Below, piece by piece: positions 12,801-25,800 of a stretch of 64,000 bases of DNA. Where the stretch lies: contig JBHGNT010000007.1 of NCBI GenBank assembly GCA_043228905.1, positions 3,844,001 through 3,908,000 of the forward strand, in the 5' to 3' direction. Position 1 is the first letter of the stretch; each line of letters begins with the position of its first letter. Below the pieces are notes generated by a model. That model searched no databases. It saw nothing but the letters and a program-made list of their open reading frames with translations, and had not been told where the DNA came from. A program made the translations under genes and the position numbers. This DNA is from Azolla caroliniana (Eukaryota > Plantae > Polypodiophyta).

Positions 12801-13924
12801 GGGCGCAAAGCGACAATTAAGTTGTTCTTGGTTTGAACATCTTTTTTCAAGGCTTTGGGGTGGCAGGAGTCTGTTATAAAATTGCCTTCATCAATTCGGA
12901 CTCTGCGCAACCCCACGGAGCTATCAACATCGAACAACAAGTTCGACGAGTCATTGTCCTCATATTCAACGTTCTTTATTTGCCCGTAGGTGAAGGTCTT
13001 TCAGAATTGAAGCTTTCCTTCACCTTCGGATTTTGCAAGTATGAGGAGCAAATCCCCTTCTTCCTCAGAATAGATCAACGTCCATTCCACATGGGGGTTG
13101 CTCTAGAAACGAGGCTCCCTAGTCTTTTCGGCTAATGTCCTCATTGTATTTCCGCCCGAAGACTTGGAGGTGCCGTCACTTGCCAACTCCATCAAAGTTT
13201 TTCGAGATTCTTGCTTATTCACATTGTCGGCAAGCTTTTTGGTTGGGGAGGGAATCTTCAGTTTAAAAGATGGAACCTTTTGACGAGGTTCATTGCAAAT
13301 AACAGGCAATAACACAATGATATGAAATTATTCTTCAAAAAGGAAAACTGTAAACCTTAAAACTGAGGTAAAGTTCATTAAATTTAGTATAAAAACCTCA
13401 AAATTTAATGTAACTTAGTATCCAAAACACTAAAAAAAAGCTAGTAAAATATAAATAAAGTTACTATTTCTAGTACAAAAATAATAAAATTTTCCTCGTT
13501 GAAATGCATTGCATCGAGTTCTCGATGCAAAATTGAACAAAATTAAAATGGAATATTTTGGGAATCTATGGAGAATCTTAAAAAACAATTAAAAGAAGAT
13601 ACTTGGCAATTTTCTTTCCCTTGTTCATGTTGCTGATGTCGACTCGTGTTGACTAGGGAGGCGGAAATGGAGGGTTTGGGATGGCTATGTGCTCTTGTGC
13701 TCCTATGCTTCTTGAATGCAATAATGACAACAAGAAGATGACTTTCCTTTATATAATTTTTTTTCTTAAATTTTTTTATTTTTAAAAAATTATTTTTAAA
13801 GGTGACTTATTATAGAATAAAATTTTGAGCTATTTTCGATTGAGTTGAGCTTAGTTAGCCTTAGTTGAGATGTCCTCAACCTCCAGTAAAAATTCTCTAT
13901 TCGCCATTGAGCCTTTAATATTAA

Positions 13925-16900
13925 TGTCAACTCGGCAAACAACATCAAGTCCCATTTCCGAAGGAGAGCTACGCAAGCAAAGGCCTCCTCGACGTCATAC
14001 ACTCGGATGTATGGGGACCGGCTCAAACACTGACGATCAACGGATGTTGATACCACATCACCTTCATCAACGACTACTCCCGCTACACGTGGATCTTCTC
14101 GATGAAGAAGAAGAGTGAAGTTCTCTCCCACTTCCAAAAGCTCAAGGGCCAAGTCGAAAACGAAACCGGTCGGCACATTCGATGCCTAAACGATCAGATG
14201 GAGGAAAGGAGTACTTCTCCGACAAATTCATCTCCTACCTCTAAGGTGAAGGCTTCAGAGAGAATTCTCGTGCGATGCACATCCCAACAAAATGGAGTCG
14301 CCGAAAGGAAGAATCGGCAAATACTCGAGGTAGCATGCACCATGATGCATGAGAAGCACATGTCGAACTTCTATTGGGCCAGAGCGGCATCCATAGATGT
14401 TTATCTCATGAATTGATGCACCACCAATGGAGTGCATGAGCTACCTCCCTACGAGCTCCTTGTCGGAAGGAAGCTGATGCTGTCGCACCTCAAGGTGTTC
14501 GGAAGCATTGCGAATGCACGCAGCCCGAACGAAGTGAAGTCGAAGAAATTTATCCTCGTAGGATACTCGTCCGAGAAGAATGCATACAAGTGATATAACC
14601 CTTCGACCTGAGTGGTTTGGGTGAGTCGAGACGTAGTCTTCAACGAATCAGCATCATGGTATAAGCCCAATTCGGCTCCACCCAACCCGACCGAGGAAGA
14701 GTTGAACATCAACTCCGAGGACCGTTGTCGTGTTGTACCGCTCACGTGGGAGAACCAAGGCGGGACCCCAGAGGCCCTGAACCGAGGAGCAAGATTGTGG
14801 CGAGGGAGAGAGATACGAAAACGTCGGCCGACTAGGCTTGTTCCCTACCGAAGCACCCATCCGCGAGACGAATCCCAGACATATGCACCAACCAACCAAG
14901 GTTCAAGCTTGCGGAAAGGGAAAATTGCAGAGACGCGGAGACACAGAAATGACTTTAACAAATAAAGAAGATTACAAAAATCGCAAGATTACAACCAGCA
15001 GCCGGTATCTAACCCAAGAGAAAACAGAGAACGACTGTGGAGCCCCTGACGGAAGCGCACGGGCTTTCACGCGACAAAGGCGACTGCCACAGAGATATGT
15101 AGATGACCACTAAAGATAGAAGGAGGAGAGAGAGCTCGGTTCCTGGACCGACAACACTTCGTCCTCACCCCAAAAACGCGATATCCTCTTAGTCTTCTCC
15201 CCTCCCCTTATATAGGCAACCAGGGAGAGACCGTTACAGAGATTCGCACTGAATTCCTAGGTAATTAATGCACACAACCTAGTATATATTTACATCAGTC
15301 GAATAAATCCTAAATATGTACAAGTTTATAAATTCATGTGCACACGTGTAAGGGCCAATTCACGCGTATATCCCTTGGATTCCTTCTATGACCGGTTTTC
15401 TCCACGACATCCACCCCCGCCAAACCGCGCGTCCACAGGAGAAAACCGCTTGTGTTCACGCCTCGCTCTCCGAATCCTCGCACCCTCCAATCCGATCCTT
15501 ACCGTCATCCACGTCCTCCAGAACCGGCTCGTCCTCATACTGCTTCTTGAACGCCTTGACTTGCTTCCCGGATACCGGCACCGCCAGCCGCGTCTCGTCG
15601 AGCTCCGCAAGATGATACGTGCCATTATCGTTCGTGCTTATCACCGTGTAGGGCTCGGACCATCGCCTCGAAAACTTACGCACCGCCTTGTGCTGATTTT
15701 CGAGGCTACTGTCGTACACCAGCACCCAATCACCTTCCTTGATCTTCTTCGGTCGCAACCGGTGCATCTAGTCGAACCGCCCTTTGTTCCTTTCCCTTGC
15801 CGTACGCAACTTCTCCCTTGCCCGATCCACGTCCTCCGGCCTCCGCTCAAGCTGTCGTATCTGTGCCGCCAACAGCTCCTCTCGGCTCATCTCGTTTTTC
15901 CAATTTATCGCCGCCCACGACGAGATTGTACGCTGCATCGGCATGACTGGCTTCTGCCCGTACATTAGTTCCGCCGGCATGAACCCTGTTACCGAATTGA
16001 GCGTAGTCTGATCCGCCCACAACCTGTAAGGAAGGAGCCATGGCCAATTCCCCACTTGCTCTCCACATGCGCGTAGCAATGCCTTTACAACCGGCCAGTG
16101 CCCACATTCTACCTTTCCGTTCGCCTTTGGATTGTATGCCGTAGTGAGAGAGAGCTTGATCCCTAACTGGTTGAACAACTCTTCGGTTTCTTGCGCATCC
16201 AGCTCTCCCCGATCCGCCACGATCTTTCCTACGCATCCGTACCAACACACCACCTCCTCGATTAAGAATCGGCACACCGCCGCAGTTGTCTTGTTCTATT
16301 GTGCGCGGCCTACCACCTGGTTCGTTAAGTCCTCTCGTGCAAGCACCAGGTACCGCATCTGCCCTACCCCCATCGGCATCGTTACTAAGTCCACCATCCA
16401 TTTGAAGTGGACCGTAGGCGGGTAGGTTGGGTGAAGCTCATCTCAGTGTCGGATCGTGGAGTGCAGCTGACAGTTCTCGCATGTCGTCACGAACCGGTGC
16501 ACATCCCGGTACAACCCCGACCACCAATACTTCTCTTTCAGCTTCTCAAACATGGCCCATGTCCTGCGGTGTTCGTCCCAAGGGCTCTCGTGGTAAGCCG
16601 TCAATAGTGCGCCCTGCTCTCCCTTCTTTATCACCATCCGGAGTGGCATGCCGCCCCTCTTCTTTGGGTGTTTCCATATGCTTCCTTCCCGTAGGAAAAA
16701 TCGGTAGGCTTTCTTTCGGATCCGGTGAGCCTCCTCTCTCGTCCATATCGTATCCGGCGTCATTGTATGTAGGAACCTTCCAATTTGGAGCCACTCCCCG
16801 TCGTACTCGCTCTCGCGGAACTCGTTAAGCGTCGGAGTGCTCCCTGCCCTTGTCGTCACATCAAAGAAGTTCTCGCCAACTTCTTCGTCATCCGAAACCA

Positions 16901-19900
16901 TGCCGTCTTCGTTGTTAAACCGCGCTCTAGAAAGCATATCGGCCATGGCGTTATCCTTTCCGGAGATGTGCCGTATCTCCGGATCTAGGGACTTGATGTA
17001 TGCGATCCACCTGAGCATTGCCAGGTCCGGAGTCGCGCACCTGGAAACCATACCAAGAATCGGTAGGCAATCCGTCTCGATGATCACTTCTGTCCCGATC
17101 AGATAGTCCTTGTCGGCCTTGACTGCCGAAACGATACCCCACAGCTCACGCTTGACTTGGGCGTATCCTCATTGACGCTCGTTCAATACCTTCGCTCTGA
17201 ACCGGATTGGGAACCGCGTGCCGCTCTCATCCTCCTAATTGACTACCCACCCTATCCCGGTCGGTCTCGTGTCTACGGTCACATAGATGGGGACTTCCTT
17301 GTTGTAGACTGCTTTTCGGAGAGCCGGTGCCGCCATAAGCGCCTCCTTTAGTCTCCGGACCGACTCCGTGTGCCCCGCCTTCCACTCGAATTTACGCCCT
17401 TTTTTTAGCAATCCATTGAGTGGCTCCGCGACGTGGGCGTAGTGCGGGATCCAGATATGGTAGAATGCGCATGTGCCCAAGAATCTCCGTACTTCCGTAA
17501 TCGACTTACATTCTTCTTGCATCACGGAGATAGCTTCCACCTTTGCCGGAGACGGTTTCCAACCGTAAGGCCTGCACAAGTGACCGACCACTAGGATCTC
17601 TGATTGGCCAAACGTTGATTTCTCTCCGGAGAAGGTGAGCCGTGCACCCTCTAGCCTTAGCAGCACCCTTTCGCAATAAGCGATGTGGTTCACCATGACC
17701 CTCCAGCATCCGTCCGGTCCAATCGTCTCATCCTTGTCCTCCACCGGACATCCCTTTATCGGTATGTCTTCCAAAAACGGCATGGTGATGTCTAGGATGC
17801 AATCCCTCAGTACTTTATTCATCGCATTCACCATGTGCACCACTGAGTTCGTTCCTCCTTGCGGCAGGGTACACATCCGCACTAAGCCGAGAGGAGTCCG
17901 CATCGTTGTGATATCTCTGCTCTCTACGACTAGCTGGAACTGGTCGTAGCCCGAGTATAGATCCCCGACCGAGTAGATCGACCTTCCGGCGAAGGCCTCC
18001 GCAAATTCATCTATGGTTAGTCCGACACTTGTGTTACGAATGGTCACCTTATTGACCGGCTGCAGGTCTTGAATGAAGCGCAACGTGCCGTTTTTCTTTG
18101 GCACAGTGAACCACCGATTCGAATATGGGGCGCTCGACGGCTCGAGGACTCCCATCGCCACTTTCTGCTTCAATAGCTCCATCAGCTTCGGGATGTGAGC
18201 TCTGGGTACTGGAATCGGCTTGAGATTCCATGACACATGCGGCACCGTGAATATCACCATTGGCTCTACCATCGTCGGGTCTACGCACCTGATCTCCTCC
18301 GGTGAGAATGCGAAGGCCTTTTTGGCCTCCCGAGCATTCTCCGAAACCGGTCCTCCTCCGCCGGAAGTAGAAAGCCACCCCCATTGACCTTGAGCTCTCG
18401 TAGCGTTATGTTGGTAAACTAGTGTCCTATGCCGGCCGGATCTCGTAAACTCAGGTCCGACGCGACCCCTTTCATCCGTAGCTCACTGCCCTCCAGCAAG
18501 GGTGCCGCGACTGGCCTCACCTTCCAGTCCACAGTCTTGTACTTCGTATCCACGCAAGCTGTCCGATCCGACCTGATCCTCTCCCCAAAGTCCGCGATGA
18601 CTTCGTACATCTCTACCGAGCTAACCAAAATTGTTCGGTCTTCGCTAAGGCCTTCTTTGACCAGCTTGCATAGTTCCCCCAAGGTGTCGTCGAAAGAGAC
18701 CACCTCCACGGCACCACTAATCTCTTCACCGGGGTGGAGAGCTCTGCACGACCTGAGCCGCTCCTCCACCCTCTTCGTCTCCCGGACATTGATGCCAGTT
18801 AATGTATAGCATCCATTGTCGGAGAGCCAAAATTTCCTACCTACTATACATGTGTGGGGTTCCTCTAGACTATCGCGGCCCCACGCCTTGATAGCCCTTT
18901 CTGAAAATCCCCCAGGCTATCGCCGCTGAGGGTCTCGCGGTTACGCTCATGATTTGGTCATACGGCCAGGAATTAGACGGAGTGCCGTCCATCTTGACTC
19001 TTTACGCGTGCATACGCCGAACCGTTGTAAAGCACCTTTGTCTCCATGTGCACCGTCGTGATGTATGGTTCGCCGAGTATCACCGGGTGTGAGGATGTCT
19101 CCTGCACAAAGAAGTGTTGATCAATCTCGACGTCACCAATCTTCAAGCGTACATTCGGGCACACTTGATGCAGTTCCTCTGTAGCACGCGTCGCCGCCCG
19201 TATCTTCCACCCGTGCTTGGTGTTGATCGACCATTTCCCTTTTTTGTAAAAATCCATGCACATCAGATTTATTTTGGACCCATGGTCTATGAACGCCACC
19301 ACTGGCTCTTGCACGTCCCCGATCCGAACAAGGGTCTCTCCGGTTCTAGCTCTGTGGAGAGCCGTTTGCGCTTCACCAAGTCCACAATGGAGTCATGGAA
19401 CTCCTTCTTGGTGATTCCGAGCACCTCCCTCAGCGACAACTCCACCTTGTTGTCGAGGATCCGTTCTTCGAGGACCTTCTGCAGGTCCTTCGTTCTCTCT
19501 ATCTCGGTGCTTAGCCGGTAACCGGCCGGCTTGGCTTTGTCTGGCATGTCGGGATTGCCGGCATCGCTCTTCTTTGGGCTGAACAGGGTCTCATACCTTT
19601 GCGAGGGACCTGCCTGTCCAGCCTTCCCCACGCGCTTGTCATCCACCAGAAACTCGTAGTTCTGACATGTGGCTTCCACGAAGCCAGACTTTTCCTCGAC
19701 CGGGTCGTCCCATTCGGTGACCACCCGAATCCGTTGCTATGCCCGCTCCACCTCTTCCTTCTTCAACTGAACCCCGGAGAAGCCTTCTAGTACCAGCGGC
19801 CAGAACCCAGCGTATTTCGCCTTCTGTCCCTCATTTCCCCCGACCCGGATACCTGCTGACGTCGCGTAATTAACGGCCTCCGCATGCCGCGCCACGACTT

Positions 19901-22325
19901 CTTCCATCAACCTCTTCATCCCGCCACGCTCGATGTTCAACTCTAGGGCTTTCCGTGTTTCTCTTGCGTACACCCGCCCGCTCCAGAGGTACACCACGTT
20001 AGTCCTCAGAGCCTCTGCGAAGTCCACGCACTCTTTCCGGATGTGACCGGCCGCGTAACACCACATGCATCGTTGTCCCGGCAGTGGCCTCCATTCGCGA
20101 AGCGGCTCCCCGCTATCTCTCCGGGCTTGCGCAATCTGGAGGTCGCGCACCATTTGCGTTAGTTCTTCCAAAGTTGTTCCTCCGGAAGGACCCTTGACCA
20201 CTCCGCTTGGGGCTGGGCCCGTCTCAAGCCAACCCCGACTATCTTCCTTCTGCACCAGCGAAGGCTCATCGAGCCTTCTCGCCGGGACGGGCCTTGCTAC
20301 CGATGACCCCTCACCACCCCACTCACGCCGTTTGTTAAAACGGCTACAGACTCTCTTCACGACGGCCCAATCGGCCGTGAGCCCGTCATCCGTCTCCAGC
20401 AAGAGACCCACCTGATCTCGATCCCGCGCGTCCACGGCTTTGACAAACAACAAGACGCGGCTTGTGTCCAGCACAGTCCTATCCAACACTGAGAGCCGTG
20501 TGAAGCATTCTTCAAACTCCCGGAGAAGCGCGTATGCGTTTCTCCCCTTTCCGGGAGTCTCCACCCAATCCATGAATTCCCGCTTTGACAACCGAAGTGG
20601 ATCATCGAGCCCGTATTTTTCGAGGAGCCGCCCTTCAAACTCTTCCTAGGTCCGGCATCCAGCCTGTACCTCGAGCACCTTTGCATGGATGCCCGATGTT
20701 ACCACCCAAGGGAATCCGGCTAATCGCTTGTCCTCCAAAATGTCCCTCATTACCATCTCGGCTCGATAGGCCTCCAAGTAGCTCGTAGCATCTTTTCCAC
20801 CGAACCAGCTTATCGCACCGACAATCGCTTCAATGGCCCTATCTAGGGTGCCCGTGCCCTCGCGAGTGTTTACTATACGATCGACCATTGTAGCCATGGC
20901 CTTGGCGAGCTCTGATCCTCTCATCTTCGACCCCTCTGCCGCCTTGTTTCACATCGGGTTCACCAAATATATGTCGTGTTGTACCGCTCACAGAAGAGAA
21001 CCAAGGCGGGACCCTAGAGGCCCTGAACCGAGGAGCAAAATTGTGGCGAGGGAGAGATATACGAACACGTCGGCCGACTAGGCTTGTTCCCTACCGAAGC
21101 ACCTACCCGCGGGACGAATCCCAAACGTATGCACCAACCAACCAAGGTTCACACTTGTGGAAAGGGAAAATTGCAGAGACGCGGAGACACAGAAATGACT
21201 TTAACGAATAAAGAAGATTACAAAGATCGCAAGATTCAACTGGCAGTCGATATCTAACCCAAGAGAAAACAGAGAACGACTGTGGAGCCCCTGACGGAAG
21301 CGCACGGGCTTTCACGTGATAGAGGCGACTGCCACAAAGATCTGCAGATGACCACTAAAGACAGAAGGAGGAGAGAGAGCTCAGTTCCCGGACCGACAAC
21401 ACTTCGTCCTCACCCCAAAAACGCGATATCCTCTTAGTCTTCTCCCCTCCCCTTATATAGGCAACCAGGGAGAGACCGTTACAGAGATTCACACTGAATT
21501 CCTAGGTAATTAATGCGCACAACCTAGTATATATTACATCAGTCGAATAAATCCTAAATATGTACAAGTTTATAAATCATGTGCACATGTGTAAGGGCCG
21601 ATTCACGCGTATATCCCTTGGATTCCTTCTATGGCCGGTTTTCTCCACGACACCGTCCAAGCTCTACTGAGCTAAGTGGACCACACGAGCCTTCAAGTCT
21701 TCCAAACGCATCTCAATTAGGGGCTAGATCAGACAAAGGCAAAGGTAAGATGCCCGAATACGAAGTCGATCACCCCGATGACAGTGATTCGGATGTGTCG
21801 GCTCCCTCACTAGATAGTGAGTTTGGTGTACCCATCATGTGTACACCCGAAGTAAACAAGGCGCTCACATTGGCGAGCGAAAAACTTTGACGCTCATCTA
21901 GAGTAAAGAATCCCGTCACTCGGCTCGGCTACAACGAGTATATGGCCCATCATTATGCCTTCGTGATGAAGGTAGCGGCCGAACAAGAGCCGGAGAACTC
22001 TACAGAAGTGGCTTGTGACCCACAATGGGTGAAAGCAGTCGACCCAAGCCGTCATCACATGCTTGAGGGGGAGGATCTGAAACTGCCATGAAAATGCTGA
22101 CGTCAAAATCCGGACAACACTGAAAGCAGAACCTATCGGACGCCTAACACTTGAGCTTGAGATATCAAGCTCAACTAGATTTAGTTAGTTAGTCAACACA
22201 CGCAACTTAGTAGTTACCTAGATAGAATCTAGTTAGTGTGTTGACCTTAAAGCCTTAAATAGGATTTTGTACTCGAGTGGGATACATTGTAGATCCTCCA
22301 CTCCCATGATCATTTAATATAGGAC
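13925..22325 (+). mobile_element. Heavily deleted Ty1/copia remnant (integrase, linker, RT mostly deleted, start of 3' LTR), host of gypsy G1
   Basis: CQLGKQH..IHSDVWGP and QNGVAERKNR at 13925-14725; continues at 21657 (..RLGYNEYMAHHYAF); TTGAGGGGGAG at ~22065. In the duplicated copy its LTR resumes at ~62964-63180. Confidence 0.8.
14726..21652 (-). mobile_element. Full-length decayed Ty3/gypsy element G1 (LTRs 14726-15409 and 20972-21652)
   Basis: Paired ~680-bp LTRs TGTCG..CGACA; TSD CCGT/CCGT; gag with CMWC..GH..KEC knuckle, protease IDHGS, RT (17235-18272), RNase H, integrase, in gypsy order; PBS 20948-20965; PPT ~15410-15420. Confidence 0.95.
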
Positions 22326-22776
22326 TGTAAAGAATCGGGTATGATTCTTGTGTAGCGGAAGAGATGTGTGTTATGTGTATGTATGAGAGGAATTAGAGGA
22401 GCGAAGAGAGAACTGTACAAGATAGATAGAAAAGGGAATATTCAAGAAGAAGTTGTATATTCACAACGAGAATAAGAATTACAAAATGTAGCATTACAAG
22501 GAGTCACAACCGACTTAGTGTGAAGTATGAGGAGGGTGCTTTATATATAGTCACCCTCTCTCTTCATTAACTAACTACAACCACTCTCTCTTGGGGAATG
22601 TGAAGACTCATAGTCATGGGGAATATGTAACTCCTTAGTTATGTGTCATAGAATATGATTCTATGACACATTGTTAATGTGTAGAGAGTAGTGGTGTGAC
22701 TCTTGACCTTTGACTAATCATAGATTCTCAAAAGGTGTGTTCACAAGTTGCACTATGTTGAGCTTGATTCTTAACA
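22326..22776 (-). repeat. 3' LTR of copia B (duplicate of 51529-51979)
   Basis: TGTAAAGAATCGG...TTCTTAACA followed by the PPT complement CGCCCCCTCAA; homologous to 62501-62958. Confidence 0.88.
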
Positions 22777-22817
22777 CGCCCCCTCAAGCTCAACTCGGGT
22801 TGGTTCCTTTCGATTGA

Positions 22818-25800
22818 TGTAAAAAGTAGCGTGCGGAAGCAAGTATTAAGACCGAACAGAAGGGAGGAAACTCAGGTTTAATGGAGAGCTTGAGCTTACA
22901 CGGTATACACAGGAGAGACAGAGAGAAAACACAAAAAATATATTCAACAATAATACTCAGTCTGTACATAAGACGTGCTCAGTGAGCACTTTTATACAAG
23001 TCCTAGAAGGACTGACCGAAGTACTGACAGTACTTCAAGGCTCATTAAGAGCTCCTACACTAACTCCCAAATATATTCCTCACGGAATATCTTTCCTAAC
23101 GGCCTCCCGGTTTATGTACTCGGCCTAACCGATCGGTCCCAACCGATCCGGTCCTCGGCTTCTTCAGCCGATCCGGCCGATGTTGAGCTTGTCTCTCAAC
23201 ACTCCCCCTCAAGCTCAACTTGAGGCTCTTCGGGATCTTCACAGCACCGGTTCCTCCTGGCTTCTCGGCTCGCTTGCGCTCCTCGACCTGTTCGACTACG
23301 CGCGCTTCGACCCTTCCGGTTGGCTTGTCTGCTCATGCGGCCCTTATCAGCTCTTCTGTTGTTGCGGTGTTGACGCTTCTCCTGCTGCCTTTTCTTCCGC
23401 TTGGGCCTCGGTTGATTCAACGTGTTTGAATCAAACATCCGAACCGACTCGGCTACCTCCGATCGGTTTTCGCTCTCGTCCGAGTTGGCTGTCTCCAACT
23501 CGTCTTCGGTCTTCTCGCACTCGATGGCGTCATCTTCCTCATGCGTGGTTGGCTTCGGCTCTCTCCTTCGGTTGCTCCCCTTCTGTCTGTTTCCGAACTT
23601 TTCCGCGGGTCCGCCCTCGGCTTCTTCAGCCGATCCGATGTCGAACTTGTCAACCGACTCGGTGTCGCGGTCTCCGCTCCTTTCCTGCTGCCTTGCTTGG
23701 TCGTTCGGGACTATTCTCCCCCTCAAGTTCGGCACATCGAGGTGACGCAACCCGAGCGCACCTGAGAATTGCCGCAACTTGTCCAGACCGAGAGGCTTGG
23801 TTAAGATGTCGGCAGTCTGCCGATTCGTCGGAACGTACTGAAGTTCGACTTCACCGGAAAGGACACGCTCACAGACGAAGTGGTAGTGCACCTCAATGTG
23901 CTTGGTCCGTGCGTGGAAAACGGGGTTTTTCGCGAGTTGGATGCTGCTGAGGTTGTCGCAGTAGATCGTCGTTGGATCTGACACCTCCTCTTGCAGGTTC
24001 GTAAGTAGCCGCTTCAACCATATGGCTTCGCATGTCGCGACAACCGCTCCTCGGTACTTAGCTTCGGTGCTCGACAGTGCAACTGTCGGCTGCTTCTTAC
24101 TGCTCCACGCGATCGCGGCACTCCCGAGGGAGAACGCGTATCCAGATGTGGATCGGCGATCGGCGGCGTTGCCGGCCCAATTAGCATCGGTGTAGCCGAC
24201 TAACTGCGCGGCTGCACCGGTCCGATATAGCAGTCCGCGGTCCTTAGTGCCGCTTACGTACCGAAGTACGCGTTGCGCACACTGAAGGTGCTCCTTGATA
24301 GGTCGCGCCATGAACTGACTGATCACCCCGACCGGATAACTGAGGTCGGGTCGGGTGATGGTCAAGTATATGAGGCTTTCGACAATTTGTCGGAACCTCG
24401 TCGGGTCGCATTCCTTTCCCGTATAGGGATGAAGCTTGACGGTTCTGTCCAGAGGAGTCGAGACGGACTTACAGTCGGCCATCCCGAGTTTGAAGAGCAT
24501 ACTCAGCACGTAATGACGACTGATCAATATGCCTTCGGGGGTACGGATCACTTCGATCCCGAGGAAGTAATGAAGGTCCCCCAGATCCTTCATGTCGAAC
24601 GATGCCGCAAACTGGAGCTTCACGCGGTTGATTTCACCTAGGTCGGCGCCGGTGATGACCAAGTCATCAACATACAGTAAAATACTAACCGGTCCGAGTC
24701 GACCTTTCCGGATGAACAGGGAAGAGTCCGATTTTGACGTGACGAAGCCCATCTGACGCAGTTGTTGCGTGATCTTCGCGTTCCAGGCACGCGAGGCTTG
24801 CTTCAGTCCGTAAAGGGACTTTTTCAGTCGGCATACTGCCGAGGAGTTCGTTCCGAAGTGAAATCCGGGGGGCTGTACCATGTACACCTGTTCCTCAAGG
24901 TCACCTTGTAGGAACGCATTCTGTACATCCATCTGATGTAAGTGCCACCCCTTGGCCGCGGCTACCGCGAGCAAAACATGGACGGTCGTCATTTTCGCGA
25001 CCGACGCAAACGTCTCATCGTAGTCGATGCCATGTTTCTGCGCGTAGCCCTTTGCCACCAGCCGAGCCTTGTACCGGTTGACTGAGCCATCGGTGTTGTA
25101 CTTGACCTTGTACACCCACCTACACCCGATCGGCTTCACACCCTTCAGTGTGTCAACCAGGTCCCAGGTCTCGTTCTCCGCCAATGCGTGCATCTCTTCC
25201 TCCATCGCGGCACGCCAATTCGCGTCTTTAGCCGCTTCCGCGTAGCTCTCCGGCTCACGCACTTCCGCAACACGGGTCATGTACGCATAATGATGCGCCA
25301 TGTACTCGTTGTATCCGAACCGCACAACTGGGTTCTTTTGGCGGGTAGATCGGCGTAATCTCACATCAGCCGATGTCGAGGCCTTCTCGGCCGACACGGT
25401 CTTCATCTTTAAAGACCTGTCACCGGTTCCCTCGGAGTCGGACTTGCGTCGGTCTGACTCGTTCCTTTCCGTGCCGGAATCCGACACCTTCTTCTTCCCT
25501 TTCTCTTTGCGCGTAAACCGTCTCCTCGGCTTCCTGCGTGGGGAATGCACGACCGAGTCTCCACTACTCGCCGACTTTTCATCGGACTGGTCGTACCAAC
25601 TCAGTCGTCCAATTGGTCCACTTAACCGGAGTGAAATCGGACTCTCTTCGTGGGTCTCGATTTCGGGCTCATCCGGAGGCATGTCGGCCTCGCTGACCTC
25701 ATCGTCAGAGCTCGGATTGGAGTCGAGGTTCGTAGTCGGGGGCAGGTACCAGGACGCGGACTCGTCAAACACAATGTCGCGGCTGACACGCGCTTGTTTG

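Larger units (their letters stand above)
6705..13315 (-). pseudogene. Intron-containing pseudogene: ParB-like domain plus beta-class N6-adenine/N4-cytosine DNA methyltransferase, interrupted by an LTR element at 6924-10298
   Basis: Exons ~13315-11666, 11577-11439, 11365-10902, 10812-10523 and 10431-10299 + 6918-6705, with phase-compatible GT..AG introns (last acceptor reads CAA). Motifs: YYIIGGSHSVEARRQL..VYVGLTHEEAKLLAWDHN (ParB-like); YNGDVGNMLDMLP..LLVADIPYG; WVKTN; VNTYQKP; DWVLDLFSST|TTTTCALKWFKNCVALEKEP. Many in-frame stops and at least one frameshift. 5' start uncertain. Confidence 0.8.

Noticed and set aside
6570-13925. Terminal inverted repeats or Helitron ends bounding the ParB-methylase gene
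   Set aside because: No convincing termini, TSD or transposase found by eye; both flanks are truncated by retroelement remnants.
23180-23950. Antisense 256-aa ORF (also 52383-53153, 45807-46388, 29069-29419) as an extra gene
   Set aside because: Opposite strand of the GC-rich pol tail; lengths vary among copies and no motif is recognisable.
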